Positions 7,980-16,602 of a stretch of 64,000 nt of DNA are shown piece after piece; the first letter of the stretch is position 1, and the number at the start of each line of letters is the position of its first letter. The notes under the pieces were generated by a model. It was given only the letters and a program-made list of their open reading frames with translations, was not told the DNA's origin and did no database searches. The translations under genes and the position numbers were made by a program. This DNA is from Clostridia bacterium. GTDB lineage: Bacteria; Bacillota; Clostridia; Oscillospirales; CAG-272. The stretch is taken from NCBI GenBank assembly GCA_017504405.1, contig JAFVRG010000021.1, positions 89,929 through 153,928 on the forward strand, in the 5' to 3' direction.

Positions 7980-8147
7980 GGCTAAACCTTGTATATCATC
8001 CGCAACTTGTTGCGGTATATCATCAAAACGCAGTTTTGTATATCATCATTGCGAAAGCGATGCAACCTGCGGTTGATGATATACGCCTGCGGCGATGATA
8101 TCCAACCTTAAGGGCTGATGATATACCATTGCTATCGCAATGGATAC
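7975..8147. repeat. hairpin/10-mer array, copy B (clean copy)
   Basis: Three perfect GTATATCATC (7991-8000, 8015-8024, 8038-8047). Then GATGATATAC (8075-8084, 8117-8126) and GATGATATCC (8094-8103). Spacers are hairpins at 7977-7991, 8001-8014, 8025-8037, 8047-8062, 8063-8075, 8085-8093 and 8126-8143. Confidence 0.8.
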
Positions 8148-8177
8148 AAAAAACGACAGGCAACACCTGTCGTTTTT
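8147..8177 (-). terminator. intrinsic terminator of tRNA-Leu
   Basis: ACGACAGG-caaca-CCTGTCG with a T-run on the minus strand, immediately after the tRNA CCA end. Confidence 0.7.
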
Positions 8178-8261
8178 TGGTGCGGGCGACAGGAATTGAA
8201 CCTGCACATCGGAGATACCAGATCCTAAGTCTGGCGCGTCTGCCAATTCCGCCACGCCCGC
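8178..8261 (-). tRNA. tRNA-Leu (anticodon UAG), class II with long variable arm, CCA encoded
   Basis: The reverse complement reads GCGGGCGTGGCGGAATTGGCAGACGCGCCAGACTTAGGATCTGGTATCTCCGATGTGCAGGTTCAATTCCTGTCGCCCGCACCA. Acceptor GCGGGCG/CGCCCGC, anticodon stem CCAGA/TCTGG with loop CTTAGGA, and a GGTTCAATTCC T-loop. Confidence 0.95.
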
Positions 8262-8366
8262 ATATTGGATTGATTTCGGGCAGGATTGCCCGTGCGCTAT
8301 CAGCGCCACATTATATTAACATAAAAATGCCGAAAAGTCAATGCTTTTCGGCAAAATTGTTAAGAG

Positions 8367-9167
8367 TCAATCCTCTGAGATAAGGTCGTTGTACATTTCC
8401 CTTATATTTTTGAAAATGTAGGTGGGGGAGAAATCGTAGTCCTTCAAATCCTCAAGCGTTCCCTCTCCGCTCAGAACAAATGCGGTAGAAATGCCTGCGT
8501 TTACGCCTGAACGGATATCAGTATAAAGTCTATCGCCAACGATAACCGCCTCGTCACGTGAATAGCCCGTTTTTTCAAGTGCAAGGTTAATCATTTCGGG
8601 AGAGGGCTTGCCAATAAATTTCGGACGGCGTTTCGTTGCATTATAAAGCATATCCGCAACAGAGCCGCAATCGGGCACAGAGCCGTACCACGTTGGGCAA
8701 ACGGGGTCGGGATTGGTTGCGATATACGGAACACCTCGGTTGAGAATTATGCACGCACGCTCAAGCTTATCAAACGAAAGCTCGGTGTCAAAGCCCATAA
8801 CAAAGCACCCAATATCATCGGAAAGCTCAGTTGTTATATTCAAACCCGACTCCCTTAACTGCTCTACAAACGAGCGTGTGCCCGACGCATAAATCAGAGC
8901 GTCGGAAAAATTCTGTCTCAAATACACAACGGTTGCGTTAACGGAGGTGAGAAAATCGTCCTCAGTTGCCGCAATTCCCATAGATGCAAGCTTCTTTACG
9001 TACGCATCAACGCCCTTTGAGGAGTTATTCGTCAAGAAAAGGTATCTTCCCCCCGTATCCCTGACACGGGAAAGGAAGTCGAGCGTTCCGTCAAAGAGCT
9101 CGGTATCAATATATATCGTTCCGTCCATATCGAGAAGGAAAAGTTTTTTGTTTTTCAGCTGTCCCAT
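8367..9167 (-). CDS. HAD-IIA family hydrolase (NagD/sugar-phosphatase-like)
   Basis: LFLLDMDGTIY (DxDGT motif) ... LTNNSS ... GKP ... VGDRLYTDI. The start is moved to M13, which has an AAAGGAGA RBS. Confidence 0.85.
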   Translation of the reverse strand: MGQLKNKKLFLLDMDGTIYIDTELFDGTLDFLSRVRDTGGRYLFLTNNSSKGVDAYVKKLASMGIAATEDDFLTSVNATVVYLRQNFSDALIYASGTRSFVEQLRESGLNITTELSDDIGCFVMGFDTELSFDKLERACIILNRGVPYIATNPDPVCPTWYGSVPDCGSVADMLYNATKRRPKFIGKPSPEMINLALEKTGYSRDEAVIVGDRLYTDIRSGVNAGISTAFVLSGEGTLEDLKDYDFSPTYIFKNIREMYNDLISED

Positions 9168-9281
9168 TTTAATCTCCTTTATTTTACCACTATATATTAC
9201 CACATTTTTCTTTATTTTTCAACAAAGATATTGAATTTTTATTTTTTTATGGTAAAATCAGTATAGAAGGGTCGGTGCAAA

Positions 9282-9521
9282 ATGAAAATATCATACGATA
9301 AGCTATTTAAAATTCTGAAAGAGCGAAAAATAACTAAGGCGAGGCTTTGTCGGGAAGCCGGCATTTACAAGAGTGAGATGCGTGCCATTGAATGCTGTCA
9401 GCCCTTAGAGCTATCGTCGCTGATGCAGATATGCGATTATCTCGATTGCGACGTATTCGATATACTTGAAACTGACGACCAAAAGAAAAGCGAGGATTTA
9501 CCATGCGTGTATTTGACGTAG
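9282..9521 (+). CDS. XRE-family helix-turn-helix protein
   Basis: 79 aa. ITKARLCREAGIYKSEMRAIE resembles an HTH_XRE segment. It overlaps nadE by 19 nt. Confidence 0.7.
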   Translation: MKISYDKLFKILKERKITKARLCREAGIYKSEMRAIECCQPLELSSLMQICDYLDCDVFDILETDDQKKSEDLPCVYLT

Positions 9522-10240
9522 AAAATGCCACAAACAAATGTATAGAATGGATACGGACGTGGTTTGAGGAAAACGGCCCCGACTGCAACGCAGTGCTCGG
9601 AATTTCGGGCGGCAAGGACAGCTCGGTGGTTGCTGCCTTGTGTGTAAAAGCGCTCGGCAAGGACAGGGTCATAGGCGTTATGATGCCCTGCGGTGAGCAG
9701 TCGGATATTGACGTTTCAATAGATTTGTGTAAAACACTCGACATAAAGAATTATACCGTGAACATAAAGGACTGTGTCGACGGTCTATATAAGGCGATAG
9801 ACGGCTCTTTTGAGCCGACGGCGCAGACAAGATTCAATCTGCCTGCAAGAATAAGAATGACCGCAGTTTACGCAGTAGCTCAATCTCATAACGGCAGAGT
9901 TGCAAACACCTGCAACTTCTCTGAGGACTGGGTAGGATATTCAACGAGATACGGCGACTCCGTGGGTGATTTCAGCCCTCTTTCCTGCTTCACCGTTACC
10001 GAGGTCAAGGCAATCGGAAGATATATAGGACTTCCCGAAAGATTTATAGAGAAGCCACCGCAGGACGGCTTGTGCGGTAAGACAGACGAGGAAAACCTCG
10101 GCTTCTCCTACGACACACTCGACAAATACATCAGGGACGGAATTGAGCCCGAGGCAGAGATAAAGGCTAAAATTGACCGTCTTCACAAAATTAACTCATT
10201 CAAATTAAGATATATGGACTGTTTCAACTATGAGGGATAA
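9503..10240 (+). CDS. nadE: NH3-dependent NAD+ synthetase
   Basis: GISGGKDSSV PP-loop (SGGxDS) and a family-typical length of 245 aa. GAGGA RBS. Confidence 0.9.
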   Translation: MRVFDVENATNKCIEWIRTWFEENGPDCNAVLGISGGKDSSVVAALCVKALGKDRVIGVMMPCGEQSDIDVSIDLCKTLDIKNYTVNIKDCVDGLYKAIDGSFEPTAQTRFNLPARIRMTAVYAVAQSHNGRVANTCNFSEDWVGYSTRYGDSVGDFSPLSCFTVTEVKAIGRYIGLPERFIEKPPQDGLCGKTDEENLGFSYDTLDKYIRDGIEPEAEIKAKIDRLHKINSFKLRYMDCFNYEG

Positions 10241-10243
10241 AAC

Positions 10244-10270
10244 AAGGCAGGCGTACGCCTGCCTTATTTT
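10244..10270. terminator. bidirectional terminator
   Basis: AAGGCAGGC-gtac-GCCTGCCTT followed by a T-run, between convergent nadE and the DUF45 gene. Confidence 0.6.
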
Positions 10271-10785
10271 AATAATTTCGCCCGTTCCTTATAATCAGGC
10301 ATATATTTTGCTATCAGCTCATAGAAGGCTCGGCCGTGGTTTTTATGCCTTATATGCGACAGCTCGTGAAGAACAACGTAATCAATCGCTTCCTTAGGAT
10401 AATTCATAAGATAGAGACTGTATGACACCGAGTTTTTCGCAGAACAGCTGCCAAAGCGTGCTTTTGCGCTCGATATGCGAATAGCGGTCGGCGTAAGACC
10501 TGTCAGCTCGGAAAAATAGCGTGTGCGCTCGGTTAAGTATGCAAGCGCATCCTTTTTAGCCCTTTTCTTTTCCTCTGCCGAAAGCTCGGGGAAACGGCGG
10601 CTCTGCTCCTGCATTTTTTCAAGATGCTCTACTATCCAACCCTCGCTTTTCTTCACAAAGTCCTCTATGGCAGAGATTGCAAGCCTTCTTGGCGCAAGTA
10701 CACGCACCGCAGAGTCACGGGTAATTTTAACCGACAGCGTTTTTCTGTTGCTTCTAACTAATGTGTATTCTATCAAATCGCTCAC
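10264..10785 (-). CDS. YgjP/DUF45-type (M48-like) metal-dependent hydrolase
   Basis: 173 aa with the HELSHIRHKNH zinc motif (HExxH) near the C-terminus. Confidence 0.8.
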   Translation of the reverse strand: MSDLIEYTLVRSNRKTLSVKITRDSAVRVLAPRRLAISAIEDFVKKSEGWIVEHLEKMQEQSRRFPELSAEEKKRAKKDALAYLTERTRYFSELTGLTPTAIRISSAKARFGSCSAKNSVSYSLYLMNYPKEAIDYVVLHELSHIRHKNHGRAFYELIAKYMPDYKERAKLLK

Positions 10786-10905
10786 CGCCTTTTATATAAT
10801 TGTAGCACAAATGACGCCAAATAACAAGAAAACTTTTGAAAACGCTTGATTTTAGCACGATATAATGTTATAATAATTTGTAAGTTATTAACAGAGGGCA
10901 GATTT

Positions 10906-11910
10906 ATGTCAAAAACAACGGTACCGACAGGGTACAAATCCCTGCTCAACACACGGCAAACCGAAATAGCCATCAAGAAAATCAAGGACTTCTTCCAGAA
11001 GGATTTGGCAACAATGCTCAATCTGACGAGAGTTTCCGCACCGATATTCGTTGATTCGCAGAGCGGGCTTAACGATAACCTCAACGGCACGGAGCGTCCC
11101 GTCGATTTTGACCTGCTCACCGGTGAGCGCTTGGAAATAGTACATTCTCTCGCTAAATGGAAGAGAATGGCGCTCAAGGACTACGGCTTTACGCACGGCG
11201 AGGGACTCTATACGGATATGAACGCTATCCGCCGTGACGAGGAAACCGACAACATACACTCCATGTTCGTTGACCAGTGGGACTGGGAGAAAATCATAGA
11301 CAAGAGCGAGCGCACTGTGGAAACGCTCAAAAACACGGTTATAAACATTTACCGTGCTATGCGCCACACCGAAAAGCAGATTGCTGACGATTACAACTTC
11401 TTCGAGAGGCTCTTGCCACCCGAAATATTCTTCGTAACCGCACAGGAGCTTGAGGATATGTATCCCACACTCACGCCCAAGGAGCGTGAGTACGCAATAG
11501 CAAAGGACAAGGGCGCTGTATTTCTCATGCAAATCGGCGACACGCTGAAAAGCGGAGAAAAGCACGACGGACGTGCTCCCGACTACGACGACTGGACACT
11601 CAACGGCGATATTATAGTTTACTATCCTGTGCTTGACATTCCCTTGGAGCTATCCTCTATGGGTATTCGTGTTGACGAGGATGCTATGAGGCGTCAGCTC
11701 GCACTCGCAGGCTGTGAGGACAGGGCTTCTCTGCCCTTCCATAAGGCTCTTCTCGATGGTGAGTTACCCTACACCATCGGCGGCGGAATAGGTCAGTCAC
11801 GCCTTTGTATGTTCTTTTTGAGAAAAGCGCATATCGGCGAGGTTCAGTGCTCCTATTGGCCAAAGGAGACGCAAGAAATATGCAAGGCGGCAGGCGTTAA
11901 GCTGCTTTGA
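10906..11910 (+). CDS. asnA: aspartate--ammonia ligase
   Basis: [30 protein letters not shown]...[14 protein letters not shown], the class II aaRS-like AsnA signature. The start is moved to M21, which has a GAGGG RBS. Confidence 0.9.
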   Translation: MSKTTVPTGYKSLLNTRQTEIAIKKIKDFFQKDLATMLNLTRVSAPIFVDSQSGLNDNLNGTERPVDFDLLTGERLEIVHSLAKWKRMALKDYGFTHGEGLYTDMNAIRRDEETDNIHSMFVDQWDWEKIIDKSERTVETLKNTVINIYRAMRHTEKQIADDYNFFERLLPPEIFFVTAQELEDMYPTLTPKEREYAIAKDKGAVFLMQIGDTLKSGEKHDGRAPDYDDWTLNGDIIVYYPVLDIPLELSSMGIRVDEDAMRRQLALAGCEDRASLPFHKALLDGELPYTIGGGIGQSRLCMFFLRKAHIGEVQCSYWPKETQEICKAAGVKLL

Positions 11911-11916
11911 TATAAA

Positions 11917-11957
11917 CGTGAGTTCGTAACCATCCTCACGAAAAACAAAACTAAGGA
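11917..11957 (+). promoter_or_regulatory. preQ1-I riboswitch
   Basis: CGUGAG-UUCGUAACCAUC-CUCACG hairpin followed by the A-rich tail AAAAACAAAACUAAGGAG, which includes the SD. It sits directly upstream of queT, the classic context. Confidence 0.75.
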
Positions 11958-11964
11958 GATAAAA

Positions 11965-12456
11965 ATGCAAACCTCTTACCAGAAACGCATCAGATTTCTA
12001 TGCAGCGCCGCTATAATTGCGGCGCTCTACGTCGTTTTCACCCTCATATCCTCAATGATAGGGCTTTCGAGCGGTGTTATACAGCTGCGTATATCCGAGG
12101 CACTGATTGCCGCTGTGGCATTCACTCCTGCCGCTATACCCGGGCTGTTTGTGGGCTGTATTATCGCAAATATCCTCACGGGCGCAGTTTTATGGGATAT
12201 TGTTTTCGGTTCGCTCGCAACGCTCATTGGCGCCCTCGGTGGTTGGCTGCTCAGAAAAAACAAATGGCTGTTCACAATACCTACAATAGTAGCGAATGCG
12301 GTGATTATCCCATTCGTTCTGCGATATGCTTACGGCGCCGAAGGCGCTCTGCCGTTCTTTATTCTCACCGTAGGAATCGGAGAGATAATTTCCTCGGGGG
12401 TATTTGGAATCTTACTGTATCACCTATTCAAAAAATACGAAAAGCATCTGTTTTAA
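11965..12456 (+). CDS. queT: queuosine precursor transporter QueT
   Basis: 163-aa small multi-TM protein (…VVFTLISSMIGLSSGVIQLRISEAL…) preceded by a preQ1 riboswitch. Confidence 0.85.
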   Translation: MQTSYQKRIRFLCSAAIIAALYVVFTLISSMIGLSSGVIQLRISEALIAAVAFTPAAIPGLFVGCIIANILTGAVLWDIVFGSLATLIGALGGWLLRKNKWLFTIPTIVANAVIIPFVLRYAYGAEGALPFFILTVGIGEIISSGVFGILLYHLFKKYEKHLF

Positions 12457-12462
12457 CAGTAT

Positions 12463-12491
12463 AAAGCCGAGGCAACCGCCTCGGCTTTTTT
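12463..12491. terminator. bidirectional terminator
   Basis: AAAGCCGAGG-caaccg-CCTCGGCTTTTTT between convergent queT and the PBP gene. Confidence 0.65.
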
Positions 12492-14925
12492 ATATTGGTA
12501 GCGAATTTTCATCATCTTCTTTTCCGTAGGGGGAAGCTCGGTTGAATTGTCTGCCGTCCTCCGTTTTACTTATTCCTATAAATACGCCGTCGGGAATTGC
12601 GTTATAGAAAAACGGCTTATCCTCTCCGTCATAGAAGGAAAAATCTCCTCGCTCCCTATAAACGTACTGAGCATCGGTTATATAAATCTCGGTTGGGAAC
12701 GCTCTGTCAGGCACACGTATCAGCGAAACCTCGCCAATATTTTCGTCAGGTGTCAGCTCGTTTGCGACACCGCCGAAAAGTGTATCGTAAAGCACGCTTA
12801 TATGCCTGTCGCACTCGGACACGGGAACAGTACCGCTCTTGTAATACCCAACCCTTTCCCTGTTTCCTCTTGGGTCATTATGGCACGCCTCGCTGCATAG
12901 GCCGCCCGAATCGGCGCAGTATTTACATATCTGTATGCCTTTCGCTAACGGAAATGTGTCGGGCTCGTCACTTGAATTTATATATTCCGCATGAAGCTCT
13001 GTCATAACCTCGTCCCATATTTTTAAATGCGCCGAGGACAGCACCGCCCTGCCCGATTCGGGATAGCCGCACCAAATTCCCGCACACATATACGGGGTGT
13101 ATCCTATAAAATACTTATCGTAGCTATTGCTTGTAGTTCCTGTTTTGCCTGCTGTATCTATATGATTTTTAAGTGTTATATCCTTAGCTGTTCCGCTTAT
13201 GACAACGCCCTCTAAAAGCTTCGTTATAACAGTTGCGCTCTGCTCGCTGAAAACCGTGTTACTCTCATCTTTATTGTATAGCAAAAGCTCCCCTCTGTTA
13301 TCGTAAACAGCGAGGTAAAAACGGCTCTTGTGATGCTCGCCCGTCAGCAAGGCATCGTATGCTCCGACAGTCTCCCGCAGGGTTGCGCCAAATGAAAGCT
13401 GACCGAAGGCTAAGGGGGAGGCGGACATATCGCTGACCTTTTTGCCGTTTTTGTCATATCCTGTGCGTATTATCGAGGAAAAACCGAGCTTGTTAGTTAA
13501 ATAATCGTACGCTTTTTCTGCGCCGAGCATATTGTAAACTCTTATTGCGACGGTGTTTTTTGAGAGTCTGACCGCCGTTGCAATATCGGTAAGTCCGTCG
13601 TACACGTTGGGGGAATTCTGCGGCCACGGAGTGTAGCTGTCGCCGTGTGTGTAAAACTCCGTCGGCGTATCGTCGAGCACAGTACCCCAGCTTATCAAAT
13701 TTTCCTCTATTGCGGGGGCGTAGAGCGAAAGAGGCTTTATCACCGAGCCGATAGGACGCTTTGACTGCGTTGCGTAATTTAAGACTCTGTTCTCCTTTTT
13801 TTCACCCACAGCGCCTACAACTCCGAGAACGGCTCCGCTATAGGGGTTTGTAACTATCATTGAATATTCAAGGCTGTCGTTTCTTGCCTCGGGCGGAAAG
13901 TTTTTCATATCGGAAAAATAGCGTTCAAGCGTGGTTTGGACGTCCATATCCATATTGGTATATATTTTAAGACCGCCAGAGTAAACTAGCTTTGACGCCG
14001 TCTGCCTGTTCATTTCCTTCTCGTTTACGAGGTCGGATATAACGTCCTCAATAACGGCGTCGGTATACCATGAATTTATTTTTTCCTCATTTTTCTGCAC
14101 GCTCGCAACTAAAACCTGTGTATTTACCGCCTCGCTGTATTCACCCTCGCTTATAAGGCCGTATTCGAGCATTTTTGATAGGATTAAATCACGCCTTTCC
14201 TTATTGTTATCGGCGTGGCGGATAGGGTCGTAGCGTGCAGGGGAATTTGTGATAGCGGCAATAGATGCCGCCTCGGCGAGAGAAAGCTCAGACACGTCCT
14301 TGCCAAAATACTTATTCGCCGCCGAGCCTACTCCAACGCAGCCCTGCGATAAAGGCACGATGTTGAGATAAAGCTCAAGAATTTCGTCCTTTGAATAGTT
14401 TTTTTCAATCTCCCTTGCCCTTATCATCTCCGAGAGCTTTCTTTTAATGCTTATATCCCTGTCTGCGGAAATATTCTTTATCAGCTGTTGAGTAATTGTA
14501 GAGCCGCCGAAGCGTGAATCAAAATGAAGAAAATAGTTAACAGCCGCCTTTGCAGTTCTGAGGTAATCAACACCCGAATGCGAGTAAAAACGCTTATCCT
14601 CTATGGCGATAAAGGCGTTTTTGAGGTTTTCGGGTATATGCGAGCCTGTCACCCATATTGAATTTTCGCTGTAATAGACACGCTCATTTTCAAGCTCGGA
14701 TGCTCGGTATATTCCCTCGGCGTCTTTACCGCCTGCTGAGTCATAGTAAAATCTCGTGGTTTTTGAGCCCTTTGCCATTTCAAAAAGCTCTCTGTCCTTA
14801 TCAAAATCAATCTGATTTTTTACGCAAAAATATACGCCTAAGCCCACTATCAGCATAAGAAGGATAAGTATTCCGATAACCGAGAACACTATTTTCAGCA
14901 CTCTGCCCTTTTTTCTCTTTTTCAT
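12490..14925 (-). CDS. class A penicillin-binding protein (PBP1A: glycosyltransferase + transpeptidase)
   Basis: 811 aa. N-terminal K/R-rich segment plus a TM helix. GT51 motifs EDKRFYSHSGVD and GGSTITQQL. Transpeptidase motifs SVIKP and KTGTT. Confidence 0.9.
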   Translation of the reverse strand: MKKRKKGRVLKIVFSVIGILILLMLIVGLGVYFCVKNQIDFDKDRELFEMAKGSKTTRFYYDSAGGKDAEGIYRASELENERVYYSENSIWVTGSHIPENLKNAFIAIEDKRFYSHSGVDYLRTAKAAVNYFLHFDSRFGGSTITQQLIKNISADRDISIKRKLSEMIRAREIEKNYSKDEILELYLNIVPLSQGCVGVGSAANKYFGKDVSELSLAEAASIAAITNSPARYDPIRHADNNKERRDLILSKMLEYGLISEGEYSEAVNTQVLVASVQKNEEKINSWYTDAVIEDVISDLVNEKEMNRQTASKLVYSGGLKIYTNMDMDVQTTLERYFSDMKNFPPEARNDSLEYSMIVTNPYSGAVLGVVGAVGEKKENRVLNYATQSKRPIGSVIKPLSLYAPAIEENLISWGTVLDDTPTEFYTHGDSYTPWPQNSPNVYDGLTDIATAVRLSKNTVAIRVYNMLGAEKAYDYLTNKLGFSSIIRTGYDKNGKKVSDMSASPLAFGQLSFGATLRETVGAYDALLTGEHHKSRFYLAVYDNRGELLLYNKDESNTVFSEQSATVITKLLEGVVISGTAKDITLKNHIDTAGKTGTTSNSYDKYFIGYTPYMCAGIWCGYPESGRAVLSSAHLKIWDEVMTELHAEYINSSDEPDTFPLAKGIQICKYCADSGGLCSEACHNDPRGNRERVGYYKSGTVPVSECDRHISVLYDTLFGGVANELTPDENIGEVSLIRVPDRAFPTEIYITDAQYVYRERGDFSFYDGEDKPFFYNAIPDGVFIGISKTEDGRQFNRASPYGKEDDENSLPI

Positions 14926-15025
14926 AATAAAAAAGCCTGCGTCAAAGCACAGGCAACTCCTCGCTTACTGCATTTATTATCTGCAACGGGAGAAAATTTT
15001 ATATTAAGAATTATTGGAACAAAAG

Positions 15026-15778
15026 TCAATAAACGACAGAGTTAAGATAAAGTCCGTACGGAGGTGCGGTAAAGCCTGCAAGTGCTCGGTTTTTTGCCTC
15101 AATTATAGGCATAATATCGCCGGGCTGAGTTCTTCCGAAAAGGACGTCAACGAGAGTTCCCACGATAATTCTTACCATATTGTATAAAAATCCGTCGGCA
15201 GATATTCTCACGTCTATAAATCTGCCGTTTTTTTCTATATCAAGCGAATATACCGTTCTGGTTGCATCTATAATCTTCGACCCCTGCGCCATAAATGAGG
15301 TAAAATCGTGTTTGCCGACAATAGATTTTGCCGCCTCTCTCATCCTGTCAATATCGCCATCGGTTACCTGTGTGCGAAGCTGCCACGCACGCTTATAGAG
15401 AAATGGGTCGGGAGTGTCCGAGATGTAGAGACGGTAGAGATATTCCTTGCTCTTAACATTATAGCGAACGTGAAAGTCATCCGGCACTGTTCGGGCAGAA
15501 ATCACCGTCAGATCGCTCGGCATAAGATGCGATACCGCCAAAGGAAGCTTGTCCGCAGGGATTTCGTTTGCGCCCTCTGCTGCGGGCTCTGCGGTTATAA
15601 AGAAGCTGTTTGCGTGGACACCGCTATCGGTACGACTGCACCCCGTTATTTTGGTCTGCACGTCGAAAAGCTCGGTGAAAATTCGGGTTAGCTCACCCTG
15701 CACCGTGCGCTCGTCGTTTTGGTACTGAAAGCCCGAAAAGCTATCGCCGACATAACTGATTTCTACAAGATATTTCAT
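15026..15778 (-). CDS. truA: tRNA pseudouridine(38-40) synthase
   Basis: MKYLVEISYVGDSFSGFQYQ...GCSRTDSGVHA with the catalytic Asp motif. Last gene of the ecf operon, as in Bacillota. Confidence 0.9.
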   Translation of the reverse strand: MKYLVEISYVGDSFSGFQYQNDERTVQGELTRIFTELFDVQTKITGCSRTDSGVHANSFFITAEPAAEGANEIPADKLPLAVSHLMPSDLTVISARTVPDDFHVRYNVKSKEYLYRLYISDTPDPFLYKRAWQLRTQVTDGDIDRMREAAKSIVGKHDFTSFMAQGSKIIDATRTVYSLDIEKNGRFIDVRISADGFLYNMVRIIVGTLVDVLFGRTQPGDIMPIIEAKNRALAGFTAPPYGLYLNSVVY

Positions 15779-16602
15779 AATGAAAATCCTACGGTTACAT
15801 ATTTGTTAATGAGAACTATTGCGGTTATAAAAATCGCCATAATAAGCAGTGACACAAAATCGAGAGCGGAAAATTTCAGCTTATGAAGCTTGGTTGCGCC
15901 CTTACCGCTTCGGTAGCAACGGCATTCCATAGCCACTGACAAATCGTTTGCCCTGTTGAATGCGGAAACAAACAGGGGGACGAGAATAGGAATAAGAGCC
16001 TTCGCTCTTTTTATAAGACCGCCACTTGAAAAATCCGCTCCTCTCGCCTTCTGCGCATTCATAATTTTATCGGTTTCCTCGACAAGAGTGGGGATAAACC
16101 TGAGTGCAATCATCATCATCATTGCGAAATCGTGCACGGGCAGGCGGATGAGCTTTAACGGTGACAAAACGCCCTCTATTCCCGCCGTCAGCGAGAACGG
16201 CGAGGTTGTATAGGTCAAAAATATACTCGTTGCCATAATCAGAAATATGACTCGCAGAGCCATAAACACGGCACGGTATATTCCCTCCTCATAGATGCGT
16301 ATGCGCCAAAGGGAGAACAGCGGCTCGCCCTCACCCTTTATCATAAAGAGGTTGATTATCATTGTAAAAATAACGACGTAAATTATCGGCTTTATTCCCC
16401 GCAAAACTACCGCAACCGATATTCTGCTGATAATCACGAGCATAAGTGTTGTGAGTGCGACGAGGGCAAAGGCGAACACACTCTTCGCCAAAAAGATTGC
16501 AACGATATATGCTATGGCGAGAATTACCTTCATCCTCGGGTCGAGCCTGTGTATTACCGAATTTCCGGGGAAATACTGACCGAGAGTTATATCCTTTAGC
16601 AT
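15775..16602 (-). CDS. ecfT: ECF transporter transmembrane (T) component
   Basis: 275-aa membrane protein. RLDPRMK... and the ARG...R coupling motifs (AQKARGADF) are present. Overlaps truA and ecfA2. Confidence 0.9.
   Translation of the reverse strand: MLKDITLGQYFPGNSVIHRLDPRMKVILAIAYIVAIFLAKSVFAFALVALTTLMLVIISRISVAVVLRGIKPIIYVVIFTMIINLFMIKGEGEPLFSLWRIRIYEEGIYRAVFMALRVIFLIMATSIFLTYTTSPFSLTAGIEGVLSPLKLIRLPVHDFAMMMMIALRFIPTLVEETDKIMNAQKARGADFSSGGLIKRAKALIPILVPLFVSAFNRANDLSVAMECRCYRSGKGATKLHKLKFSALDFVSLLIMAIFITAIVLINKYVTVGFSL

Noticed and set aside
7178-8147. CRISPR-array interpretation of the 10-mer/hairpin arrays
   Set aside because: The repeats are only 10 nt and the spacers 9-22 nt. The spacers are self-complementary, the repeat switches to its reverse complement half-way, and there are no cas genes. 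None of this fits CRISPR.
7100-8270. Classical tRNA-targeting integrative element (att duplication, integrase)
   Set aside because: I found no copy of the tRNA-Leu 3' segment (…GGTTCAATTCCTGTCGCCCGCACCA) at the distal end of the islet. There is also no integrase or recombinase ORF. Only the position next to the tRNA supports the idea.
7285-8383. ORF-track entries 7285-7572(-), 7433-7615(-), 7732-7974(+), 7805-8098(+), 8046-8309(-) and 8129-8383(+)
   Set aside because: They run through the hairpin arrays, the terminators or the tRNA-Leu gene, or lie antisense to the 123-aa ORF. They lack RBSs and have repeat-driven compositions.
10909-11565. Long antisense shadow ORFs. Examples are 10909-11565(-), 25411-26037(-), 30893-31543(+), 33310-33888(+), 36841-37599(+), 48491-49375(+) and 1095-1562(+).
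   Set aside because: Each lies entirely opposite a confidently identified gene (asnA, ruvA/B, ftsH, tilS/dnaB, gdpP, pfk, qor). None has a family resemblance, and they show the skewed composition typical of antisense frames.
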